This document shows, one piece after another, positions 40,635 through 51,498 of a stretch of 64,000 bases of DNA (position 1 is its first letter; each line of letters opens with the position of its first letter). The translations under genes were made by a program, and so were the position numbers. The stretch lies in NCBI GenBank assembly GCA_964016885.1, contig OZ024742.1, positions 59,954,001 through 60,018,000 on the forward strand. The letters run 5' to 3'. Origin of the DNA: Eledone cirrhosa. Its lineage: Eukaryota. Below the pieces are notes generated by a model. It was not told where the DNA came from. It did no database searches and was given only the letters and a program-made list of their open reading frames with translations.

Positions 40635-41126
40635 TAAAACATGTCTATAGAATCAGTAGATAAAATATATACCGTTTCCTCTCCCAATTAGCATAATTAA
40701 CCATATAAAAAAACAATTAGACCAAGCTATAAGAATAAAGGCTCCTATGAAGAAATCTCCAACAAATAACCGAAAGCAGCCCTTCGCGGCGGTTACGACG
40801 GAGTATTTATCGAACATTTCGACAGCATGTATAAATCGATCAGATATACAGTCAACTAAACACAATTAGGTGTAAAATAAACTAGAAGAAATGTGTACAT
40901 ATTTAATATATTAATTCTTCATTGAGCCACAATGTGACCCGTTGCAAAACACATATATATCTATGCCTTTACATTTATATATGTAAACCTTATATATATA
41001 TATTTATTTATTAACATAACAGATTAAAGTTTAAACAAAGAATCGGTGCTTTCACCCTTATATATTTGATATATATTTATCCTTATCGAGCCCTCTTTGG
41101 ATTTTTGTCTTCGCATTTATTATTAT

Positions 41127-41184
<58 letters not shown>

Positions 41185-41188
<4 letters not shown>

Positions 41189-42532
41189 GAAGTAATCCCG
41201 TCGGAAAGGTCCAGGAAAAAAGAGTGCACTATGTAGGTTACAGAGCTTATTAGTTATGTAATAAACAACATAAGATAATTATTTCATTTACCAGTGGTTT
41301 CTTGAAAGCAAACAAATTTGCTTTCAGTCATCAGAATGAAAAAATCCTGATGTTTTTATTGGATGTAGATTTCAAGAACCTTTCTCGTTAGGTTTATGAT
41401 AAGGTTTAAAAGAGGCAGTAAGTAGATCAAGATTAATGTCAAGAAAGTTACCATTGGTAAGGTTTGTATCTACAGTAATTTTTAAGGTTTAGGTTAGCAA
41501 AAGTATTGGTTACATTTTTACGGAATTTATCAAGGTTATGGCCGTTGGTGGTATGAGAAACTGCCAATCCGTCGTCACGGTATAAACCGATATTATGGGA
41601 AGGAAATTTCTCTTTAAGGGTGTGGAGAAGGAATAATCCTACTAAGTCACGCATCGTCATATGAACCCATCGCAACATCAAAGTAGTTTTCAGGGCTTGA
41701 TGTTTTAACCCAAATACTTTCATTAGTAAAGAGTAGAGTGTTCCTAGCATGAAAGATACTGTCTTCTTCTAATTTAGAAATATTAATGAAGCTTTAATTA
41801 ATAAGGAAACAGTAATAGAGGGGTAAAAATCAACAATATCAAATTGGGTAAATCACTTATTTTTACCTTGTATATTATTAAACCAAGACATAACAGAGGA
41901 TGTATTTAACCATTGCGATAAGTCAGTCTTAGTTCTAATTAGGAGTATTATTTTTCTTAAGGTTTTTTACTTGCAAGGCCAACTTCAGATTTAGCCGGGT
42001 TAATCAGTCTACAGCTAGGTCGTTTAGTAAAGTCTAATTTATGGTCTTTAAGGGTAATATATACTTTACGTTTAGCTAGGCTTTCAATCCGGTTGTCTAT
42101 TTAAAAAAAAAACAAGCTAGTTCTTTAGCTTCTTTATTAATAGCATTGTAGGTGTTATTGTTAGCTAATTGATATTTGTTGGTGATACTATTTGTTAAAA
42201 TTTGGTTATACAAAATACTATTTACTTCAAAGAGATTTTAAATTTTATCGGAAAGACCAAAAGTGTTTGTAGAATTTTTAAAATTAGAAATATCGTTAGA
42301 AAGTTTAGTTTCAAAGTTATTGTTGTACTTACGAAATTTGATATCACTAATAAAATTAACAAGGTCCAATTCGAAGTTGGCCATGTATTTAATCCTAGGT
42401 GGGTATTTACGGGATTTAATGTCAAAATGGTTCTTCAAATCCACATTCAATAAAAAGATCAGGATTGTTTCACTCTGATGACGGAAGGAAGGCACTGGTA
42501 AATGAAATAATTATCTTATGTTGTTTATTACA

Positions 42533-42540
<8 letters not shown>
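41185..42540 (-). pseudogene. Degenerate Penelope-like RT fragment bracketed by a ~110-130-bp inverted repeat
   Basis: [50 protein letters not shown]. 41251-41380 is an inverted copy of about 42428-42537; (TA)n lies on both sides. Confidence 0.8.
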
Positions 42541-42592
<52 letters not shown>

Positions 42593-42598
<6 letters not shown>

Positions 42599-43291
42599 AT
42601 ATATGAATGTATATATAGTGTATTTTGCAATACACTGTATGCTTAATTAAAAGCATTTCGAAGACCTTATGCTATTGTTTTAGAGTAGTGACAGTCTCAC
42701 TTACATTAATTTTCAGCAAACAGGAGAGATAAAGCTGACAGAGCTCTGTTTCGCATTTGTTATGCTTATCAAAGCTTCCTGTTTGCAGAAAATCATGAAT
42801 GTTTGATTCTTATAGAATTCTAGTAATAATCAGGATTATTAAAGTAAGCGAGACTCTCACTACTCTAAAACAATAGCATAAGGTCTTCGAAATGCTTTTA
42901 ATTAAGCATACAGTGTATTGCAAAATACACTATATATACATTCATATATATATCGCTATTTCAGAGCACCAATTCTAATTTTCAATTTCTGCTTGACCGG
43001 CAACCGCTCTGTATAATCAGTTCCTGATTATTACTAGAATTCTATAAGAATCAAACATTCATGATTTTCAGCAAACAGGAGGAGTATTTAGCTTTAATAA
43101 GCATAACAAAATGCGAAACAGAGCTCTGTCAGCTTTATCTCCCCTATTTGGTGAAAATTAAAGTAAGTGAGACTGTCACTACTCTAAAACAATAGCATAA
43201 GGTCTTCGAAATGCTTTTAATTAAGCATACAGTGTATTGCAAAATACACTATATATACATTCATATATATATCGCTATTTCAAAGCACCAA

Positions 43292-43298
<7 letters not shown>
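42593..43298 (+). mobile_element. Second retrozyme-like family: 1.45 tandem copies of a 319-bp unit plus a 5' inverted partial copy
   Basis: Anchors at 42838/43157 and 42967/43286 give period 319; 42593-42835 is an inverted copy of about 43022-43271; ends at (TA)n. Confidence 0.75.
42732..42777 (-). ncRNA. Type I hammerhead with U3-A8 variant core
   Basis: AAGCT-TTGATAA-GCAT-AACAA-ATGC-GAAA-CAGAGCTCTG-TC-AGCTT; stem I extended by GCAAACAGGA/TCCTGTTTGC. The plus copy at 43090-43134 reads TTAATAA. Confidence 0.65.
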
Positions 43299-43370
<72 letters not shown>

Positions 43371-43769
43371 TGACCCCTTAGCCTTTGTCAAGGCAGAATT
43401 CTAGGAGAAGGAAAACTCTGATATAACACCTGCCACCCTGATGGTATCCAATGATGTTGACTTGTTCTTCTTTTTGGTAAATATCATCTTGGTTAAGAGA
43501 GTGGGACTGGCTTTGTGCAGTGACTTTGCTCACTATAAAAGCTTCACGGCACAGGCATTGCTTTATGTCTGGAGATCTCTCTGCACTTGTCGTCACATGG
43601 TACCATGGGCCCAGCACTATGTGTCAATAATTGTGACAAGTGTAGTGTTTGTACCAGAGTTTTCAAGTCGCTGGCTGGTCTAAAAAGTCACACTCGTTCA
43701 GCGCATCGGTAGGGGTTCTCCTACATGGATATAAAGTAGTGGCCGTACTCGAAAACGAGTTGGCAGCCA

Positions 43770-43866
<97 letters not shown>

Positions 43867-43868
<2 letters not shown>

Positions 43869-44030
43869 GGCGCATAGCTTAGTGGATAGAGCAGTAGGCT
43901 TACAATCGAAAGGTTGTGAATTCTCGGACCGGGTGATGTGATGTTTCCTTCAGAAAGACACTTTATTTCACGTTGCTCCAGTTTATTCACCTGAAAATGA
44001 GTACCAGTAATAGCTGAAAACTCTTCTCCC
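43867..44030 (+). mobile_element. tRNA-derived SINE (family B)
   Basis: Similar to 2130-2347 (GGCGCATAGCTTAGTGG...AAGACACTTTATTTCACGTTGCTCCAG). Confidence 0.7.
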
Positions 44031-44974
44031 ATTTCCTTCAACATACGTATGCGAGACTGGCTTCTCAACCATGAGTGTTATTAAGATAAAGTACAGGAAT
44101 AATATGGATATTAATTCTCCATTGCCCGTGGCACTGTCCTCAATTGTACCACGACTGGATAATCTGACAAAGAAGAACCAGGCTCACCTTTCACACTAGT
44201 AAAGATTAAGGTTATATCATTTTTATTTTTGTATTAATAAACTGCTTGTTATTTTTTTATTACTTTTTTATATGTTTTGATATTGTATTATTTGTTTACA
44301 AAATAAATAGTAGATAAAAATAATGGTCAACTTTTATTATATTCATAATATATATCGATTCCGGTATAAATTAATATTTCCGGTATATATTAATATTACT
44401 ATGAAATATTAGCTGTACGCGGCACGTTGGAAAAAAAATGCCGGTCTGCCACATCATATAGTTTGAGAAGCACTGGTCTAGGAGGTGTAATGAGCTGAAA
44501 TAATTACCGGATTAAGATCAACTTGTGTAGATCGAGATAAACTGCACACTGGGCTATAAACACGTGCTGCTAAACCACAAGTTAAATCGCATCCACTCCT
44601 TTATACTACGTTACTTTTTTGAACTTCGGATAAAAATGTAACTGATAATATAGCTGTAGTGAAGTTAATTTATTTTCTATCACTCATGACAGAATAAAGC
44701 TGGAAAAGTGTTTAATTTCAATCAAATATGAAAAAAAAATCAGGCTTTATTTATTGTATTGATTACATACAAAAGTAATTAATTCTTTATACATATATAA
44801 TATTGTTGCTTCGATTTGATTAATTCTTTATTTTATTTTGGATGGCAAGTTTTAAAAATGAGCCGAGATTATTTATTTGTAACAGGATTAGAAGACATAT
44901 AAATTAGGATTTTCAGCGTCTGCTGCTATATATTATATTATAATTCATTTTAAACGACGATTACGAAATTCAAT

Positions 44975-44998
44975 CAGCAGCAGCAGCAGTATTAGTAT

Positions 44999-45038
<40 letters not shown>

Positions 45039-45100
45039 CGTAGTAGTAGTCGTTGTCCTTCTTCTTCTTCTTCTTCTTCTTCTTTTCTTCTTCTTCTCCT
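44975..45100. repeat. (CAG)n/(TAG)n/(CTT)n trinucleotide microsatellites
   Basis: Directly visible. Confidence 0.9.
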
Positions 45101-46724
45101 TCTATGCCTCTCCCCCTTCAGATTTTTTTCAGAATTTATCTTTTCTCCCCTTCTCCTCCTCTTTCTGCACCAATTTCTCTTTTTTGATCTTGTTGTTGTT
45201 CTTCTTCTTTTCTTTTCATCCTTCTCTGCATTTTTTCTTCTATTAATACCAGCAAGAATATATTGAATACTGCATTTCTAGAACGCATTTGATGATAGTT
45301 CATCTCAATTAAAACAAATTGACAGCAACAAGGGAGTTTATAATTGATAATATACACACTACAAAGTCTCTAAATGTCCTAGAAATAGCAGACATGACTT
45401 ATAAAGGGAAGAATGTCTCAAAGCAGATTCTTGCCTGGCCACAGGTATCCGCATTTTCTGAACGAGATAACTCGAGACTTCCGTATGTCTCGTGAGACCA
45501 TGGATCAATACACACAAAGGTGGCAGGCGTAACGCCAGTTACCCATATTTACCAGTCTTCCATCTCCGAGTTAACGTTGTTGCCAAACAAAAATCAAAGT
45601 CTGATACAGCTAGGCACCAATATTGTAGCAGGCAAAATGGTGTAAGTGATACCCCAATGCATCTTGTTATATGCTTTATGTATTGAAACAGTCTATCGAT
45701 AGTAACAGCATCGAAAGGATAATTGGCAATTTGGACATTTGCAGGATTTGAACTCATCCGATATTTTGGTGGGTGTTTTAATGAGAGGGGTGATAGTCCC
45801 TTCATTTCGCAACATGAAATGAAGCCCTCTGCTCAAAGTCACAACACAACACAAGAATCAAACCCTTTACCTTATGATCCTATGTTGAACATTCTAGCCT
45901 CTATGCCACGCACATTCTCAGCAACATCATTGTTGATGGTCAGTCTTTTCTGAGGACAAGTGCTCCAATGGATTCAATCACGGGAGCTGTCCGCTTTTGG
46001 AAATACGTATAAGTAGCTGAGCATTCCACAGACACGCACGCGCTTAATATTCAAGGTGACGGAGCGAGACAACGTGTGACATGCGAGCCGCTCGAATTAC
46101 CGGTACATCGTTTTTTTTTGCCAGATGAGAGAACTGGAGTAACATGAATTACTCTCTTGATTAAAGTCACAACGCACCGTCTGGTTTGGGAATCGAACAC
46201 CCTAATATTCGTTCGTAACCTAACACCCTAACCACTTGCTACGCGCCTTCATGTACCATAGCGTATAGGAATATTAAAGGACAAACATACATATGTATAA
46301 TTCTGTATGATTCATTATAGTCAATTAAGATAAATGATATGAGAGAATGTGTCAGGCAAGTGTAAATAATCGATTTCAGACATACTCTTAATGATAACGT
46401 TTAGAGTCACAATTAGTGTGAGCGATTGTTATTCACGTAGATTTAACCCCAAATAAAAAGAAGGCCAATATTACAATATATCTGATTATATTTTATTATA
46501 ATTTTAAATCATAGACATAGACATCGATATCGTATTGAGATCCATGTTTTGTTATCTTTCCTATGTTTATATTGTGTTGCTAAATCAAATACACAGGCGG
46601 CGGCATGGCTCTATGATTAAGAGAAACCGTTTACAACTCTATGGTCGCCAGTTCACACTGACCGCGTATCAAGTTGGAAAATGTTCTTCTACATGAGAGT
46701 GAATATGACAAAGCTGCATATATG

Positions 46725-46755
<31 letters not shown>

Positions 46756-47070
46756 GGGACCACCAAACGTTTCCAAGACCAATTGATAGACACACATCCA
46801 ACTATGTACAGCGTCACCTTAACAACTGGCTGCACCAGTTAGGGGACCTTGTTTGATTGAGGCTTAATTGTATGCATATATATATATGGGATTATAGGTA
46901 ATCCAGTTAGTATTCTGAGGATTTGATCAGAGGTAAACACTGTATTTAAGGTCGAGTGACGCAACTTCGAGTGATTAGTGGCCTTTAGGGTCACCTGATC
47001 AATGAAACAATTGTTAATACCTGAAATAAATCCCCTTGTTGTACAGCCGACCATGTTATTCTTCAATCTT

Positions 47071-47114
<44 letters not shown>

Positions 47115-47148
47115 GGGGGGGGGTATGTATGTGTGCCTGTGAGTTATA

Positions 47149-47960
47149 TACGAGGTGTCAGGAAAGTAACAGGACTTACTGCGCAGTGTGAGTTATGAAT
47201 GAGGCAGAAATTAAAGAATTGCGCCGCCCTATGATGTAATATTCGCAAACTTTATAACTGCTCACTGCAGTTATTTTATATTTTTTCACGAACGTTTGTT
47301 AACAGCTCTACAATTTTAAGCTGTCGAACGCTGGGCACAGAGCAACGATCCAACCTGAAGTGTTGGAGAAAACTCAGTCGGAAACACTCGGAATACTGTA
47401 GAAAGTGTACTGAAGATGAGATGATGTCGTACTCACAGGTTTTAGAGTGGCATAAAATGTTCGAAGCTGGATGCGAGGACGTGGAAGATGACCACAAGAG
47501 GGGAATGTCTTCAACAAGTAGAACTGAGGACAAAGTTGAGCGCGTAAATTAGGTAGGGCTGGCTGTTCAACTGATCGCAAGTGACGTGGGCATGAACCGC
47601 GAGATCCTTTGGAAATTTATCACCGATGATTTGGGCATGCGAAAGAACTGATGATGCTGAGCGGTGACCAGAAGGGGCGTCGCATGCAGGTATGTCAGGA
47701 CATACTCGATCCTCTGAAACTGCACCAGACTTGCTGGGGTGAGTCATCACCGGTGATGATACGTCGTTCTTCGAGTAGAACGCGGAAAACAAGCGCCAGA
47801 AAGCCTTGACGGCGGAACTGCGAAGAATCCCGGGAGAATACTTCCAGAAGTGAATGGTGGCGTGGCGGAGAACAATGGGAAAATGGGTTAGACATGAGGT
47901 GGATTATTTCAAAGGGGAAAACTTATTTGTAAATTGGCGGGAGTCGTAAATAAATATTTC
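47149..47960 (+). mobile_element. Mariner-like transposon remnant (internally deleted, degenerate)
   Basis: TACGAGG-type left end; fragments EQRSNLK, EWHKMF..G.EDVEDD..RG, VITGDDT and terminal DYFKGE. Confidence 0.65.
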
Positions 47961-48054
47961 AAATCCAATTTACAAATTATAAGTTTTCCCCTTTGAAATA
48001 ATCCACCTCATGTCTAACCCATTTTCCCATTGTTCTCCGCCATGCCACAATTCA
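47851..48054. repeat. Fold-back of mariner sequence at the 5' junction of a PLE-type element
   Basis: 47851-47937 is inverted to 47965-48054. Confidence 0.88.
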
Positions 48055-49106
48055 CAATTATCCCAAGGTAATAACCCTATACGCATGAATGAGTGCCCGC
48101 AACCGTGCATTGTGTGTGTATACTGGGACTGCGTGAATGTACACACTCATGTGAACGCAACGAAATACTAATACCCCAGGTTGCATTTGAAAAATGTTCG
48201 AGTGTATGCTTAAGAGTATATTTGTATATGCTCTCTTGTATGAGTGCACATGTGTATATAGACATACACGCGCATCCAGAGGTATAAAAGTGTGGGTGGG
48301 TATATACGTCTGTACTAAGGGATTCGTCTAAGCTCCAAATCCCCCAAGCTATTGCTGTGAAGATATATATCACACTCTACTTTAGTCGAGTCTAAACAAT
48401 AACTTTTCCAAACACCCACTTTACTTTTCTTTAAAAATAACACCCACCTAGTTTTATGTCTGCATTATACTTGGATTTGGGGGCCTCTGTTGTATATATA
48501 TATGCACTTGTGCGTACATATATATACACACCTGTATGGATTTGTGTGTGTAGATGTGTGTGTGTGTCTGAGGGGGTAGGTGTGAGTGTATGTACAAGTC
48601 AACCAACATAAGTCTTTTTATTTCTAAATTTTCTAAACTTTCTAAGTATTTGACTCTGAGCATAATTTTCAGTAGCACCACTCCACATAAATTCCTCAAT
48701 TTAAGAATGACCTGGAGTATCGAATTTCATACTATAAACCTCAATTGAATATATATCTGACCAGGAATGCTTTTTGTGAAAATCAGTCATATGTAACTAA
48801 TGTCATCTTACCTGACGGTTTGAACTTTAAAACACCACCTGCCTTTTTGAGGTCAAATACCAACCCTACTAGCGTCTACAAACTGACCAATGAGAATTAA
48901 GACTATTCCTGCTGACAACATTAAATTATTCCTAACAAGCTCATATGTCCCAAGGCTCTGATACCATCAACACCATAAACACAGAGTTGGCATATCTAAG
49001 AAGTGACTAACTGCCTGATGAGGTCATAGCAATTCAATGGCTATCATCGAAATATATATAGCAGTAAATAAAGGATTGTGAGTTCATGTAATTGACTTAT
49101 GTTTCG

Positions 49107-49112
<6 letters not shown>
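48055..49112 (+). mobile_element. Non-coding PLE-associated element (same family as 1-1112)
   Basis: Collinear similarity from 48157; 3' HHR; same 3' end (GTTTCGTCACTATAT) at (TA)n. Confidence 0.75.
49010..49065 (+). ncRNA. Type I hammerhead ribozyme
   Basis: ACTGC-CTGATGA-GGTCATAGC-AATTCAATG-GCTATCATC-GAAA-TATATA-TA-GCAGT. Confidence 0.88.
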
Positions 49113-49165
<53 letters not shown>

Positions 49166-49245
49166 AAGGCATATATTGAGTTAGAAACTCAAAATAGTCT
49201 CTTACAATAAATTAGCTCTAGGAAAGAGATTTTTCCAAGCCGTAT

Positions 49246-49587
49246 AATATAACTGAACAAAAAAGAAAAACGAACACAGACATATACATATATGTGTTCA
49301 AATCGTAAGGGACCAGATTCGCTAAGGTGAAGAGAATACTAACTATAGACAATAGGGTTTGCCGGACTTAATTTAAGAATAAATCAAGAAAATAAATACA
49401 AACAATAATTGTGGTAACTACCAATGACCCGTTTATTTATTTTCTTGATTTATTCTTAAATTGAGTCCGGCAAATCCTATTGTCTATAGTTAGTATTCTC
49501 TTCACCTTAGCGAATCTGGTCCTTTACGATTTGAACACATATATGTATATGTCTGTGTTCGTTTTTCTTTTTTATTCATTTATATAT
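49246..49587. repeat. Fold-back inverted repeat (~150-bp arms)
   Basis: About 49246-49398 is inverted to 49434-49587 with few mismatches; followed by an HHR-like motif. Confidence 0.88.
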
Positions 49588-49662
49588 ATATATATATATT
49601 TCGTTTCTGAATTTGTTTAGCAAGAAGAAAGGAAAGGCACAGAAACGAAGAAAGAAATCCCC

Positions 49663-49707
49663 AGTCACTGAAGAGGTCACAGAGTGTGTGACGAAAGAAC
49701 TATGACT
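49663..49707 (+). ncRNA. Hammerhead-like motif, probably degenerate
   Basis: AGTCA-CTGAAGA-G-GTCAC-AGAGTGT-GTGAC-GAAA-GAAC-TA-TGACT; extra G before stem II, weak stem III. Confidence 0.55.
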
Positions 49708-49897
49708 ATATATATATAAACAACTATCTGGTTGTGGAACCAACCAACCAACCAGAAATTTATAAATTTGTAAACTTATAAATATTTAATAAATTAAATT
49801 GAAGTGAAAGCAACTGGTGCGTGTGTTTCTTATTGGCAACATGACCCTCCCAAAGTATAACAATATATATATATATATATAGTTTTAATATAGATGA

Positions 49898-49946
49898 GAT
49901 TCTACAGGACTAGAACTGTTTCATTCATTAGAAATCATCAGGAATC
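49898..49946 (-). ncRNA. Type I hammerhead motif
   Basis: GATTC-CTGATGA-TTTCTAATGAAT-GAAA-CAGTTCTAGTCCTG-TA-GAATC on the minus strand; weak stem II. Confidence 0.6.
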
Positions 49947-49999
49947 AAAGAAAATAAATCTTATTATTCCACGATGCTTCAAGCAAACTTCAATACTCT

Positions 50000-50071
<72 letters not shown>

Positions 50072-50124
50072 AGAGTATTGAAGTTTGCTTGAAGCATCGT
50101 GGAATAATAAGATTTATTTTCTTT
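49947..50124. repeat. Perfect palindrome centred on a (TA)n tract
   Basis: ~57-bp unique arms are exact reverse complements on either side of (TA)n at about 50003-50068. Confidence 0.92.
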
Positions 50125-50399
50125 TGGTTCTTTTGGAAGCCTCAACAATGCAGATGGGTAATTCTCCGGGTAACAGGATACGGTGGTGAAGAGTGAGATG
50201 TAAGGGAATGTAGAATGAGATGTATATATATGTTGGAGACGCAGGAGATGGCAGCGATAATGAGGGACAAAGACCGCTGGAGAGAACTCGTCCATGGATC
50301 TCGGGAATTTTAACCGCCTTAGATATATATATATATATATATATAAATTAATAAAAATAATGAATAAATAAAGAAACAGTTCCTTATATTAAAAAAATA

Positions 50400-50535
50400 A
50401 TCATTTTACGATCGTTTCTAGGATATATATGTTAGTGTTGGTATGCATATCCTATAGATCTATGTAAAAATTTTACAAACTATCAGAGGGAATATACATA
50501 CCTACACATATATATGCTGTCTTCAGAAATAATGA
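50400..50535 (-). ncRNA. Type I hammerhead with a ~100-nt stem II hairpin
   Basis: ATTATTT-CTGAAGA (50526-50520)-long hairpin-GAAA (50418-50415)-CGATCG-TA-AAATGAT; palindromic stem III; first stem II pair is C-A in this copy. Confidence 0.65.
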
Positions 50536-51498
50536 TATTTGTTTATTGAAAAAAACCAACAAAGATTTAATACAATAGGTCTGTTTGGGAACAGATTTTG
50601 AATTGACCAATAGAAAGATAGTGAAGGTCAAGATGGTAAAATAGTAGTAAAAGAACCTTAATTTATGGGTAGAGGAAGGTAGATTTCAGTTTTGGATGGA
50701 AAGAATATTATGAATGAAAGATTATTTTAGGGATGAAAATAGGTCATATGCTGTCTTCAGAAATAATTATATTTGTTCATTGAATAACACTAACACAGAT
50801 TTAATATAATAGGTCTGTTTGGGAACCGGTTTTGAATTGACCAATAGAAAGGTAATAACTGGCTAAATGGTAAAATAGTAGTAATGGAAGTTTAATTTAG
50901 GGGTAGAAGAAGGCAGATTTCAGTTTTGAATGGAAGGAGTATGAAGATTGAAAAGTTTATTTTAGGGGTGAAAATAGGTCAGGTCGGTAAAAGGTACACG
51001 AAAAATTGCTGTTATAAAAGGATAATGCCAATCTAAATATCGAATGAGATTAAAATTATACGTTAAAATTGTTAGTGAAAAAATATATATGGAATTTACA
51101 TCTATGACAAGAAAATAAATTAATTAAATTGATAGGTTTATTTATATTGATAAAATTATATTAATGCATATAGATATGATAAATAAGAGTTAGATGTAAT
51201 TGAAGAGTGCTGTTAAAGACGAGGGGAAATAAATAAAAAAAATATATATATATATAATTATTGGGGGGGGGGGGGGTTAAACTTATTAGTGAGAAATAAC
51301 AAATATATATAGATTACAAGGAACATAGAATCATAACCTGAAATTAAAACAGTATATATGTATACTTAATGGTATCAATTTTAGGAAAAGATAGTTGTAA
51401 AAAGGAAAATAAAATTATGTAGTTCATTAGTAGTGGAATATTAATTATAGGTTACTAAATTAAAAAAAGTGTTATTATAATAATTTCTAAAATGTATA

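Noticed and set aside
41300-41340. Additional HHRs at isolated CTGATGA/CTGACGA boxes (41329, 42476, 14743, 36553, 58874 and a near-match at about 40840)
   Set aside because: No adequate stem II or stem I pairing around the box.
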